From Schmidtea polychroa (Eukaryota): a stretch of DNA of 64,000 bases. The stretch lies in contig CM097885.1 of the NCBI GenBank assembly GCA_044892525.1, positions 11,968,001 to 12,032,000 of the forward strand, in the 5' to 3' direction. The notes under the pieces are model-generated. The model worked only from the letters and a program-made list of their open reading frames with translations, ran no database searches and had not been told where the DNA came from. The translations under genes and the position numbers were made by a program. Every line of letters starts with the position of its first letter. Positions within the stretch are counted from its first letter, which is position 1. Positions 14,656 to 27,807 of the stretch are shown piece after piece.

Positions 14656-16403
14656 TAAAAATATTCAAATAATAATAGTACTATACAAATGATGTTACTG
14701 CAAAATTTTAATAATAATATTATAATAATATTATCAGTAAACAATAAAATTTATTTTCTTTAGAAAGAATAAGTACTTTACTTTCTCTGACCAACTGTGA
14801 CAATGTTGATGACTTTATGTCAATTTTTGTACATCAGACTATCATTAATCATCTTGACTATCAATTTTTGAATTCATTTCCCTTCATAAAATAAATCAAA
14901 CATTTTTTTTTCAAATTTTAATTTTCACAGTTCCATAACATACTGTCAATCTAGGAATACCGTATGACTAATGAGATTGACAATTTTATAATTAATTAAT
15001 TAATTAATTGATTTGTAATTATGAAATTATGAACTTTAAGTGCCATAATTTATTTAGAATTATTATATTGGTTAAAATGTGAAAGATCCATTTATAATCA
15101 TTCAAGGGTCAACACGATGGATGTAAAGTGTAAAAGGGATTGTTTAAATGTTAAATTTTAAAAGGGAAAAGGTTATTTTAAATATTTATAATATTAATAA
15201 TAATAATAATGATATTAATAAATATGAAAGGTTGTGAGGGTAGTGTTACAGTTGATTAATACCGTTAGGATGAGTGTGATCGAGAGTTTGAGTTTATGAT
15301 AGTATAAAAGTGGATGAATATGAATAAAGTTTTATTAATCTGACTTTATATAAACATATTTACTTAATAATTATTACAGCTGTAAGAGTTAAAGCATAAT
15401 TACAATTTTATCAAGAAAAGAAAGTAATAGATAAAGTTAATGATTTTAATATGGCCAGTCCGAATGAGTAGTGACCAAGTTATTGTGCCTAAAAGACACT
15501 GGTTATTTGTTCGCACCCATACTGTCATCCTTGGTTCCCAAAAGTGGGATCAAAAAAGACTTGGACGTCGTAATACTTAATAAAATATATTAAAGCTAGA
15601 ATATCAGGGTAGTTAACTATCAGCACATTCTCAATATAATCTTTCCAGTGATATTATGACTGAATAAATTCATGATATTGTTAGAATACTAAAATTAATA
15701 TCCACCTCAAAAAGCAGCATGTAAATAAATATTTAAATAAAATATGAAAAAAATAAATATTTGGAACGAGTAACATGCGAGCCGTTGTTAATTAGATATT
15801 TAAATCCTATAATTAATATTCAAAGTAACCAGTCTACAGGAATTTTTTTATTTTTATATTAATTTGAAAAAAATGTTTTTTTGTATGAGAATGTTAATAA
15901 TTTTGCGCGTTTTTAAAATTAAAATATATATGATAAAAAAAATGTTTTTCAAAATTTTATTTAAATATATTTTTGATACAGTTCGATTACGATTATTAGT
16001 TGTTAATTTGTTTGAATATTATTATTTTCATTTAGTTGCTATTAATACGATTCCTAGCGCGAAGAAGACTGTTAAACGGTCGAAATGTATAACAATGTTA
16101 TATTTTAATATACTTAGTTGGCGATTTTCTATTATAAAATTTTTTAACTACATTGATAGAATTAAAATGTTAATCAGATTTAATAATACATTAGCTATTT
16201 TATTTAATTTTAAAAATTTCATAAATTATATTAAAAATTTTTTAATAATCTATAAAATATTTATTAAACAAATTATGGAATTTTACATATTGATAAAATT
16301 TCATGTAAAATTCCATCACTGGTTTTATTGAAAGTTAAATCTAAATATATTAAATTTAATTTCATGAAAAGTAAAAATTATTTTTAGACCTAGTTTATTG
16401 ACA

Positions 16404-16538
16404 CACAAAAGTCACGCACACAAAGGTTATGGCCACAAAGGTCATTTACACAAAGGTCATGCACGCAAAGGTCATTTACACAAAGGTTATGTACACGAAA
16501 GTCATGTACACACAACAAAGGTTATACACAAGTCATGT
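16404..16538. repeat. 15-bp tandem minisatellite (consensus CACAAAGGTCATGTA, 7 regular plus about 2 degraded units)
   Basis: Units cacaaaagtcacgca, cacaaaggttatggc, cacaaaggtcattta, cacaaaggtcatgca, cgcaaaggtcattta, cacaaaggttatgta, cacgaaagtcatgta. Confidence 0.9.
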
Positions 16539-16557
16539 GACAGTCACATCAGTTATA

Positions 16558-17563
16558 CACCTAACCGCGAAATATAACATTATCTATAATCTAAAAAAAA
16601 ATCAATAAATATATATTATAGGAACACACAAACTTACCTGTGTGTAGAAATTTAATGCCGCGAAATTTAACATATTTATTATAGGAATCTAAAAAGTGAG
16701 AGAAAATAATTAAGCATACAAGCACAGCACACATAATGAAAAATACATACAAAATTAAGTAAAGTGTTTTTCATGCGAAATTCAGATTGATTAACATATA
16801 ATTAACATATCAATATTTTAAAATTATTTAAAAAATTATGTACAAAAAAACTTTTGAATCAGATTCCGACTGCTCTACGTTGAGCTTTAGAGAAAAAGAA
16901 GTAAATACATCGTAAGATTTAATTATAAAATAATTTAGAATATAAAATTTCTTTAGATTTACAGATATTGAAGAAGATCCTTCGACATCTTTGAATTTGC
17001 AGGAAAAATATCGCAAATCGTAAATTTTAATAAATTATTTTAACAAATTAATATTTTCATAGAATTACAGAAATAGACAAAATTCGAAAGAAGATTACAA
17101 AAACTTAAAAAATATTTTATCCATTCTTTACTAAATGTCTTTAAAAAATAAATGTTTAGTGATTACTTTACATATTTATAATTATAAAAATATCTAACTT
17201 ACATTTTTACGAAATAAATCCAAATAAATCCAAATAAATCTAAATAAATCCAAATAAATCCAAATAAAATACCATAAAATTCCTAAAAAACACCTGAAAT
17301 TTAATTATCAATGTTATATATTATCAATATTATAAATGCTGACTAACAGTAATATTTAAGAACTTGAATAATGATCTCATAATTATATAAAATCAAAATT
17401 CAAGTCCTAAAAATTACTTCAATGCAAAAACTTACCTTTAAACGATTTTTGGAAAATTGAATAAATGAAATTAAGTTAACATTGTCATATAATTGGTGAC
17501 TCACCTCAGGTGGTGTGCACACCAACTTATATTATAGACAATGTTAACTTTCGCGGTTAGGTG
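16558..17563. mobile_element. Non-autonomous TIR element with TA target site (about 1 kb)
   Basis: 33-bp TIRs CACCTAACCGCGAAA..TAACATT.TCTATAAT (30/33 match), with TA at 16556-57 and 17564-65. Confidence 0.85.
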
Positions 17564-18015
17564 TACACATAATTCATGTTACACACATTTGCAAGTATAA
17601 ATACGATGACAAATTGAATCACCATCATAATTTTATTATGTAATATGTTTTTAGATTTGTTTATGAATCCAAAAAGTATGGTTAAAGAAGATGTCAAAGT
17701 TATCAAAGCTTTAAACAAAATTAATATAAAGCTGTGGTGTAATGAAAATATAGTTATCAACAATTGAAAAATAATTTCCATGATGTCTCTAAAGAAATTC
17801 CATTTAAAGAAAATGAAAGCTGGTATATCTATATAGCGATCCAAGGATATAAATTCTAAATAAGGCGTGACCCCAATTTGGAAGTCGTTTGGACTTTCTC
17901 ATTAAAATTTCAAATGTTTTATTTTATCAGTAGTCTTTTTTCTTACGTTTTGAACTATGGCGGTGAAGGTTCTTTTCCACCTGCCTTTCATAATTTAGTT
18001 AATTATTATTTTTGC

Positions 18016-18052
<37 letters not shown>

Positions 18053-18653
18053 TTATCATTTTTAAGTAACATTTCCACTGTCACTAACTATTGAATAAAT
18101 ATTCTAATGCCTTAAAATGACATTGACATCTGACGAAAATTTTACATTGTATAATAGGGTGGGTCGAAAATTTTTTTTTTCTCCAAACATGCCTAAAAAG
18201 TTGTGCTTATGCTAGAAAATGAAATATCCCTGCAAAAGACTGCTGTTTAAAAAGGTTTACAGGTCCCAACTTTTGTTTGTATGTATTAGTACTATCCCAG
18301 TAAAAATGCTCGCACACGTGCCATTGTAAATTCATCCTGCAAGCAGTCACACGCTTGCAGAAAGACCATTTTTGACATGCTCTATTCACAAGTCCAAGCT
18401 AACGCGTGCATGTATAGAGAGGTTAATTCACGGAAGCACCTTCACACAAGCACTCACAAAGACAATTTCTTCTGAACAATACTAACACACACACTACAGT
18501 CAACACATAATCCACATGGATACTACTAGTCAGTCTAAACTCAGATAATTTAATTTGTTTCGATTGGATGTCAAGTGTTTGCTGGACCTAATTAAAAAAG
18601 TAAACTTGATGATTCACTTTTATTTTGCCAGAGCTGAGTACAGAAGAGCAGTT

Positions 18654-21600
18654 ATGAAGGGACAGAGAAATAAGCAATTTCGCAAAACAAGAAGTAAATC
18701 ACGTCATTGTCTGTTTGGTCAAACTTGTGAACTACCCAGAAACCAATTACCTACTTGTGAAGATGTGTTTCGTGATTACTGTTACAATGAGAAATGTACG
18801 CAATTTCATACTGGCTTTAACGAACAAGCAACTCTTCTCGCAAAAAGGGTGAAGGAAATTTATATGAAGGCAAGTATCCCAACTGTTGAGTTCAGTAGTA
18901 TTGTGGTTCGTGTCAAGCGACTAATATCAAAAGTGCGTGAATTAGAGAAGTATCCAGAATGCAAGAGGTCATCTGCCAAATTTCAAGATAAGTTAAGCTC
19001 GTTTTCCAAATTGTTTGACATATGTTGCTGCAAATGTTTTAATGATGGTGCTCGTGGAAGAAGTCAGTGTACATGCCGATTGGCCTTGAAAATTCCTACC
19101 TTAGAGTGGGAGTTCTGGATTGACCAACAAACTACCAGAAACATGAAAATCGGAAATACGGACAGACAGGAAACCTCAAAATTGAAGAGAAAACAAACGA
19201 AAAGCAGCCCTACAGGAAAAGGAAAACAAATGAAAAATGAAATAATGGACACTGAAGTTAACGATCTACATCCGACCTCAAGAGGTGACACGGAGAGTGA
19301 AGCCGCTAGTGATGAAAGTAAAGATAAGTTAGACAATTCAACAGAAAGCTCAGAGTCAAGCGTAGAAGAATGTGATGAATTTCAAAATAGAATACATTAT
19401 CCTGAATTAAGTAAAGCTGTTGACAGATGTGGTGTGAGCAACAGAGACACGTGTTTGCTAGTAAACGCTTTTCTGAAAGATATGGAACTGTTATCCTCTC
19501 AAACAATCATCGATCCCGCAAAATTACGGCGTCAGAGAAAGTACTGGAGGGAGAGAGAAATTGAACAGCATTCAGCAGAAGCGAAAAACTTGATTTGCCT
19601 CGGTTTCGACGGGAAACAAGATTCCACCTTACTTCATAGAAGGATCCTAAAAGAGGAGCATTATGTGATTGTCGCCTTTCCAGGGGATACATATATCGAT
19701 CATGTTGTACCTCAAAGTAGTAAAGCTGTGGATATTGGCAAAGAAATCATGTCAATCATCGTTAGCACGCAGTCCTCACTGACCCTTCAAGCAATTGTGT
19801 GCGATGGAACCAATACAAACACCGGAAAAAATAATGGAATAATCAGAAGACTCGAAAAAAGCCTAGGGCGACCTCTACAATGGCTGATATGCTTGTAGTG
19901 AGCCGTTACACGGCCTTAACAATATCTATATACCTATTATACTATATTATATTATATTATATTATATATAAATGCGCGGTCACCAACGAATAAGGACCAA
20001 ACAGAACACAAGTATAGTCAATCAAAAGTCGTGCGATCAGCTAATACTTCTACTTATCAATCAGGCTCTATTAATCAATCTCAGACGAGTAAAGCAAATT
20101 CGATGCCATGTTATCATTATCAAGATAAACTGTATTCGGCTCCCAATAGTTTTAGTTTTGGCTTTCATAGACCAACACCCTCATCCATTACAATTCGCGA
20201 AATACGGAACAAATCCTAACAATAATATGAACCCGAAAAGATCTTTTTATCAAACCACCACACGTCTTTACAAATTCTGATCAAGGTGATAATGCAAAAA
20301 AGGATCAGAACGGCAAAGGATATACATTTCCTCAAATATTGTATGCGAATGACAATGGTCAAAATGGTTCATGGACAAATCGGCAGGCTGTAAAATCTTT
20401 AGAAATAATCGGACTATATGAAATTATTATTTTTAGTTAACATTTTGTAAATGAGAAATGCCTGTTGAATATGTTTACCTGGTCTGATTATATTTACATT
20501 TTTTATGTAGTTTCTATTATATATATATTTTTGTTTTACTCAGATCTGTAAATTTTTGTAATTCAAATTAAAAACCTTGTAATTAAAATTAAAAATATCT
20601 TTACCTGCAATTTGACTTATTCATCAGAATATTTTTATGAGTAAAATAAACGATATGCAAAAACCTCAATTGGGTTGTTTTTCGCTAGCTAAAAATTCTT
20701 ATTGTTATTCCAAAGATTCATTCGAATGCATGGATTCTCTAAAATATCTCAATGTAGAGAGCTTTGGAAATGATAACTTGCATTTTGCTGCATTATTAAT
20801 AAATGGTCATAATTGCCGAATTATAGTAGATAAATTATGTAAAAAAATTAAAGTCGAATTCGATGGAAGAAATTTTACGTCACTCACGGATTCCGATTCT
20901 ATAATGAATTATATTGGAAATGTTTTAGAGAAAATCGAACAAAATTTCTTCAATGCAATGTCTAATTTATTCAAGAACAAATCAGATCTTTTGCAAACCT
21001 GTAACTTAAAATTTGAAGTTGAACAAGGTAAAATATTAATTGAAATAGACAAAATAGATGATCAATTGAAAAGTGGGGCAACTATTGCCAAATTACCAGA
21101 AAGGACTACGCCAACCACAACAATGCTTGTTGCATGCAAATGAATTGCCATTCAGGAAGTATTTTTCAGTCGTCGATGGTGGAGAAACAAAAGGTCCAAA
21201 AACGTCATGTGGTGAAATAGGAAGCGTTCTTGATTTTGATCCAAAAGACAAGCCCGTAAGAGCCTTTATGTCCCTTCCTGGAAAGGTCGTAGATATTAGT
21301 GAAAATGTCAAGAAAGAATTGAACACTGATCAATTGTATTTCCTCAGAGTATGCTTGGCAGTCCAGAAAGGGTACCACAACAACAAGGATGTCCCTTTTC
21401 TACAAATGGCACAACCAGGAAATTTGAATCACAGTCGCTGGCTAACGAAAGCTAATAGAATTCTGCGACTATATATGTCCGAAACTGCTCCATCTGAACC
21501 TCTCATGCGAATAGTGAAATTTATTGTCAATTTCTATGGACCGTCATGGTTTTATATAAAGACTCACTCGTCATGCCAAGATGGTGCAAGAAATATTTTT

Positions 21601-22113
21601 TATATGCTCCAACTTCTGCAGGATTTGGATCCATCAGACCAAGAAATCATCTTTCCTGTCATTCAGAACAACAATTACTTCTCACATCCAGAAAATATAC
21701 TCCTAGCTGCTGTTGGTGATGATGATGAAGAAATCAGAAAGTTTGCAACAGAAAAAATCATAACTGCAAGACAAAATTTTCTCCCTTCCGAAGTGATTCG
21801 CACTATGGACAAGAATACTGTCTTTCTTCAGTCGTCTGCTACATCATATGTTGACATGATTGACTGGACAAAATGTAATTTGACGCCTCCTCCTCTTTTA
21901 TCTCATATATTGGATCATGAATTGAAGATGAATAAGAAAATTACATTAGAACAATTTCCCTGTCATTCTCAAGCCGTTGAAAGAGCCATCAAAGATGTTT
22001 CTTCTGCCAGTTGCAAAGTGTTTGGTCACAAGTCCAGACATGGTATGGTACTACTGTGTAAAAAATCAAGGAAGGAATTGCCCAAGGTGCAAAGCAAAGC
22101 TGATTTCATGTGA
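18654..22113 (+). pseudogene. hATm-like transposase (about 741 aa when rejoined), interrupted at 19894-21122
   Basis: Joining 18654-19893 to 21128-22113 gives one open frame (LQWLIC-LLHANEL). Motifs: GFDG, CDGTNTNTG, CxxH, HSRW, HSQAVERAIK. Confidence 0.9.
19894..21122. mobile_element. TG..CA-bounded insertion (solo-LTR-like), 1229 bp
   Basis: Starts TGTAGTG and ends CACAACA (6/7 inverted match). Flanked by ATGCT direct repeats (19889-93, 21123-27). Removal restores the transposase frame. Confidence 0.8.
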
Positions 22114-23149
22114 CTTCTTTTTATGCCCTCGCTAATACATTTCTAAACTTTTGGCTGGATGTTTTTAATAAAAAATAATTTCGAAAGTTGATTTTTGTCT
22201 TTGAAAAGGATAATTCAAATTTGGCCCTTCCTAATCACTGACGTTGTCAGGATATATTTCAATGAGGGATGAGGACACAGAATATACTATCTCAGCCCAA
22301 GAGAGTAAATAATATACTTATAAGCTCTTAAGAAAGCTACATCTAAATATGGACAAAGGCGCAAAACACATTCCGACACTAGCCAAATTACATTGTTTTC
22401 ACACTTATGTTGAACTGCATTTTCGGAGAAAAGTTGGGAGCAGTAAATGTCCATAAATCTAAGTAAAATGGTTTGATTCGATTTTTCTATACCAAAATAC
22501 AACTTTTTAACCATGTTTCCTTTCTTGAACTCAAAATTTATTAACATTCGACCCACCCTATTATATAAGGAGGTTTATTTTGAGGCCGAGTTACAATAAT
22601 AATAACAATATTATTAGACAGTTAAATTGAACAAAATCGAATAATTAAACAATGAATTTAATAATAAAATTATTTACAATTGATAAAAGCTTTTCGATAT
22701 AGAAAATTAATCTTTAATGATGATTAAATTATGAAAATAATCTTTTGTTTGGAAAACAATTGCAGAAAACTAAGAAATATAAAGATTTAACAAACGGGCA
22801 TCTCCAGCCTAAATTACAAATTGTTTCAATCAATCTAAAAATAATCCAAATTTCTTTTATTTTCATTTTCCAATTATGTCATTTTTACTTTGACAGGATT
22901 CTACACAGGGAATTAATTATTAAAATAATCAACTGACAATAATTACCAAACAAAAATTTTGATTATATTTACACAATATGATAATTGAAAACCATTTTTA
23001 TTTCATTTAAACAATAAATTACTTTACGTTAAGATTTTGCAACAAAATTATTCCCAAATGAATTTAGTATAAATTAATGATTTATTCGTTTCACAATCAT
23101 CATAATAATGAATATTTTAAGCAATAACAATAATAAAATCTATAAAATC

Positions 23150-23150
<1 letters not shown>

Positions 23151-23243
<93 letters not shown>

Positions 23244-23346
23244 ATTATTATAATTATTATTATAATTATTATAATTATTATAATTATTATAATTATTATA
23301 ATTATAATTATTATAACTATAATTATTATTATAATTATTATTATTA
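23151..23346. repeat. (ATT)n / (ATTATTATA)n microsatellite
   Basis: Direct reading. Confidence 0.97.
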
Positions 23347-23404
23347 TCAGCAAGTGATGTAATTTTCAGTGCACCATGGAAAGTATGCAATAAAGCTGAA
23401 CTGC

Positions 23405-23446
23405 GTAGTACTGATGAGAGCCAAAAGCTCGAAACTAGTCTACTGT
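23405..23446 (+). ncRNA. Minimal type I hammerhead ribozyme, copy 1
   Basis: GTAGTA | CTGATGA | GAGC-CAAAA-GCTC | GAAA | C-TA-G TC | TACTGT. Complete catalytic core, 4-bp stem II, palindromic ACTAGT stem III region, GUC cleavage triplet, stem I with G-U pairs. Confidence 0.88.
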
Positions 23447-23504
23447 TGTGATTTGCACTGGGTATCACAAAGCTTGTGCTGTTTATATTATATAATTATT
23501 AATA

Positions 23505-23594
<90 letters not shown>

Positions 23595-24446
23595 GTATTA
23601 TTAGTATTATTAATAATAATGATTTCTTAGTAGCGGCAATTGTAAAAGATTTATAAGAAAAGGGTAAGCTTTTATCAAAGATTTCCTCATTTAATGTAAT
23701 ATTTATTTAGATTTATTTTATCATTCACTTGTTTAATTATTATTTTTTTGTATTTGTATTATTTATAAAAAATATATAATATCACTTAAAATTATATTAA
23801 ACTCATTAGAAAAATACTTTGTGATGTATACTAAAACAAAATGCAATCTTCTATTAAATTTAATAATGTTTCAGTAGACAAACTATTTCGATTCTCATTC
23901 AATATGTTCACAATTAAATGACGAAAACGTTCTCTTTTTTACGCCCTAATTTCAATTTTTAAAATTAAAATAAATTATTATTCGAAAGAATTAAGTTAAA
24001 AAATAAAATAAAATAAACTATCTTTTTAGCAAATAATTTAAATAAAGGAAGTGCTGAACATTAATTTTTGTTCTTTTTGTCATAATGGAAATAAATTAAA
24101 AATCATTTGTCTATAGTTTTAACTTCAACATTTATGTCTATCTCATTTCCAAATATCTACATGTTCTGAGTTTAAGATAAAGTTCATTGGACATCAAATA
24201 TAAGACATAGCAAATGGTACATAGAAGTGAACTGTTGAATACAGACACAAAACCAACCCCCTCCAATTAAAAAGATAAATATAATTTTGCGTTTTTATGA
24301 CAGTCTGTATCATGAACTACTGAAAAATCAAATTATAAAAAAATAAATATTATATTATAGATTTATTAGCAATTTTTCTCACAATATTACCTTAAATTCA
24401 GTTTTTATATAAAGGAAAATTAAAAAAAACTTTACTATTCATTTAA

Positions 24447-24526
<80 letters not shown>

Positions 24527-24552
24527 GAATCATAATAATAATAATAATAAAA

Positions 24553-24587
<35 letters not shown>

Positions 24588-27500
24588 TTTAATAATTATA
24601 ATAATAATTGAATGATATTAACATTTTAAAGTAAAAAAATGGAGATGTACGTTTGACCTAAACTTCTAATGCTCTTTTTAGGTGTCTTTAAATAATTACA
24701 GTTTTTAAAAAATACTCACACATTCTTTTGAGTCGTTCTAACATATTTTCACGTCTCTAGAGTTTCAGACACCGGAAATCAAGATGGGAAGTAATTTCCT
24801 AAGATTATTAATATCATTATTTTATGCCGCAAAATAACTGAGTTATGGTGAATAATTATATTAGCAATATATGTATAAACCTAACAATTAAATACAACAA
24901 TAATAAACTCTATAAACCTCAATACTTGAATGGGAAAAGTTTTAAAATAACATTTGTATAAGATATGATTTGCTTTGCACAAAGTTCCTAAGCAATTACA
25001 TTAATTGTTGCATCTTTGATTTGAGAAGAAAAATATGATAATAGTCTAAAGGATTTTGTAATTAATTTTAAACAAAACACAGATTAAAATATATCAAAAA
25101 TTGACTAAAAAAATATTATATTTTCTGCAATTTAATCACAGTTTATACATAAATAAATTTCAGTTATTAATATACCTTAATAGAATTACTGTTGTATGTA
25201 TTTTTCTAGTTTCAATTAAATCTTTAGTGAGAGTTTAAAACCAATTAAACATATTACAAAAGTACAATTCTCTATGTTTGTCTTTTTTATTTTATCTTTT
25301 AACAATTCTCTGTCACATTATTCTGAGCCAAAAAATGGATGGATTTGTGGTTTTAGGCTATTGCCTCTCAAAGGTACAAGCATCTCTGAAGGTAGGGGAA
25401 GAGTTTGTATAGGCCACCTGCGAACAGTGAAACTGGAATAAAACAAGTCAAATTGCTAGTTCACTCATGAGAGTAATAGTTTATCAACATTAAATTAAAT
25501 TAAAAATATCTAAAAAATTGCAACATGAATGTACTTATTTTTATTTCTTAATTTTATTTTACTTTCTACCACCATACGCTTCCTCGTAGGCACTAAACTC
25601 TAACAAATGTTACTCCGTAAATTCTTAAAGGGAAAACAAAGTTGCAAATGCTTAAATATTTCAAATACTTAAATATTCATTTCCAAACAATTAATTTTAC
25701 ATCTGATTTTTGTCAGAAACAATTTAACATTAAAACAAAAATATCATAAATATTCTCTTCATTTATTTAAGCATATTTTAACAAAAAATATATTTAAAAT
25801 AATGAATTAATAACATAATTATTTTTTAAAAATTATTTTTATTATTAATTAAATTTTAATAAATTTAAATTAATTTTTTATTTTTATTTTGACTGTTGTG
25901 TTATTTTATTTTTATTTTTAAAATCTAATTCTAGATATTGTTAAATAATTATTTTTTATTATTTTTTGACAGTTTATTAGTTTTAAATAATTAATAATTT
26001 TATATATTTATTTTCAAAGAAATCGTATTTTTAATTAATCCTCAGATTATGTGGAGATGTAAAAATTCTAGTCCAATACAGAGAAACATGTAAAATATCC
26101 CATAAATAAATTTCCCATTTTCAAAATGCGGAAAACTATATTTATCAGGCATTGAGGTAAATGAAGAAATAATAATTTCCTTCATGTGTTAATGGAATAA
26201 ATTACTAATTAAAATTGATTAGGAAGAAAGGGAAATTAATTAATTTCAGAAAAATATTTTGAGAAATATTGGTCAAATATTTCTTATTTATTAAAATTAC
26301 GGACTGAAATATATATTTTGACTTTCAATTAAAGACCTCATTTTAATATCCGAATAATTTTTAATTTAATCTGATTTTATTTACAAGAATAAAATTAACT
26401 TGAATAATGTAAATTTTAAAATAAATACTTAAACAATTAATTAAAATAATAAATATAACATAAATTCTAACATCATTATTGTTTGGAGAAAAATATAACT
26501 AAGGGAAAAGATAGGGAGGTAGTGAATACAGAAAAAAAATTAAAAAAATATAAAATAAAAATAAAAAGAACGGTTATTGAATTAGTTAAAGGATTAAAAT
26601 AAAATAATTTATTTTTAAAGATTTGATATTTGCAAGTCTTTGAAGCTTTAGTGATTGGCAGCTGTCAGAACGGCAGGATTGTTGAAACATCCACTAAAAA
26701 GATGAAAAAATGGTTTGACAAAATCAGATTGGAAAATGTTGGCTTTGTTGTGTTGGGTTTTATGATATCAAAGATAAACCGTTGGTTACTCTGACTCCAC
26801 GTGTTCCAAAAATTATTTAACACAACTCCCAATAAAATTTATAATAAAATTTACAATTCTCGACACTTTATCAACACTTTAATCGACACAATAACGACAC
26901 TTTCAGTTACCCACAATTTTCTTAAAATTTCCGATCGAACTCCGCTCTGGAAGATCTCGACCTTGTAGGATTTAAAAAAATACTTTCACCTTTTCGTTTG
27001 ATTCCGCTCTTTGATCCGAACTCTTTTAATATTCCCTTCTGACTCCTCGATTTCTCTTATAATTCTTTTCTTCTTTTATTTTATTCCTCGAACTCCTATC
27101 GTCTGTTTCTTCTTCCCTACCTAAGGCTACCGCTGATTATGTGAATTTGAGTTTCTTTATATACTCCCATAATCATTGTAATTGCCCCATTTATTACCTA
27201 ATTGGTTTTGACTTCTTTGGTTATTATTCCCTAATTAGCTATTTCTGTTGGCCCTCTACGTAATTCCCCTTCTTTTGTTTACCCTCGTTTATCCGGTTGT
27301 TTGGATAATGGCCCTCTGAATTCCTCGTTTGTTTACTCTTCCAAATTGCTGTGCTCGGGTTTTCTTCATCGCTCGGGTTCTCCATTGGCTCGGGCTTCCC
27401 CTTTAGGTTGGGTTTCTTATTAGCCAATTAATTAATTAATATTTAACGTTTTTTCACATTTGTCTGTTTTACGACCCTTTCTAAATATTTTCTAACAATT

Positions 27501-27732
27501 TCTTGCTCACTGTCTTCTTCACTATCCCTTATTCTACCCCTCTCCCGTTTTCCAGATTCAATTTTGATAACTTTTCACTTTATTCCACTTCCTCAGGTTT
27601 GCTCATTTTTCCATTTCCTCTCTGATTGTACCCTTTCATGTTACAAATGCATGTTTAAGCAAGAAATTGCAACATAAAATAATGACTAATATAGACATTG
27701 TATTTTATGTGTATTAATAACAAAGATATTGG

Positions 27733-27807
<75 letters not shown>

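Larger units (their letters stand above)
18155..22560 (+). mobile_element. hATm-like DNA transposon, full length, with nested insertion
   Basis: 14-bp perfect TIRs TAGGGTGGGTCGAA / TTCGACCCACCCTA. 8-bp TSD TTGTATAA / TTATATAA (7/8). Encloses a transposase. Confidence 0.92.

Noticed and set aside
15864..16331. 155-aa F/I/K-rich ORF
   Set aside because: AT-composition artefact inside a dispersed repeat, with no recognisable domain.
16404..16538. CRISPR-like appearance of short repeats (also 38652-38804)
   Set aside because: The first has no spacers and the second alternates in orientation. The context is eukaryotic with no cas genes.
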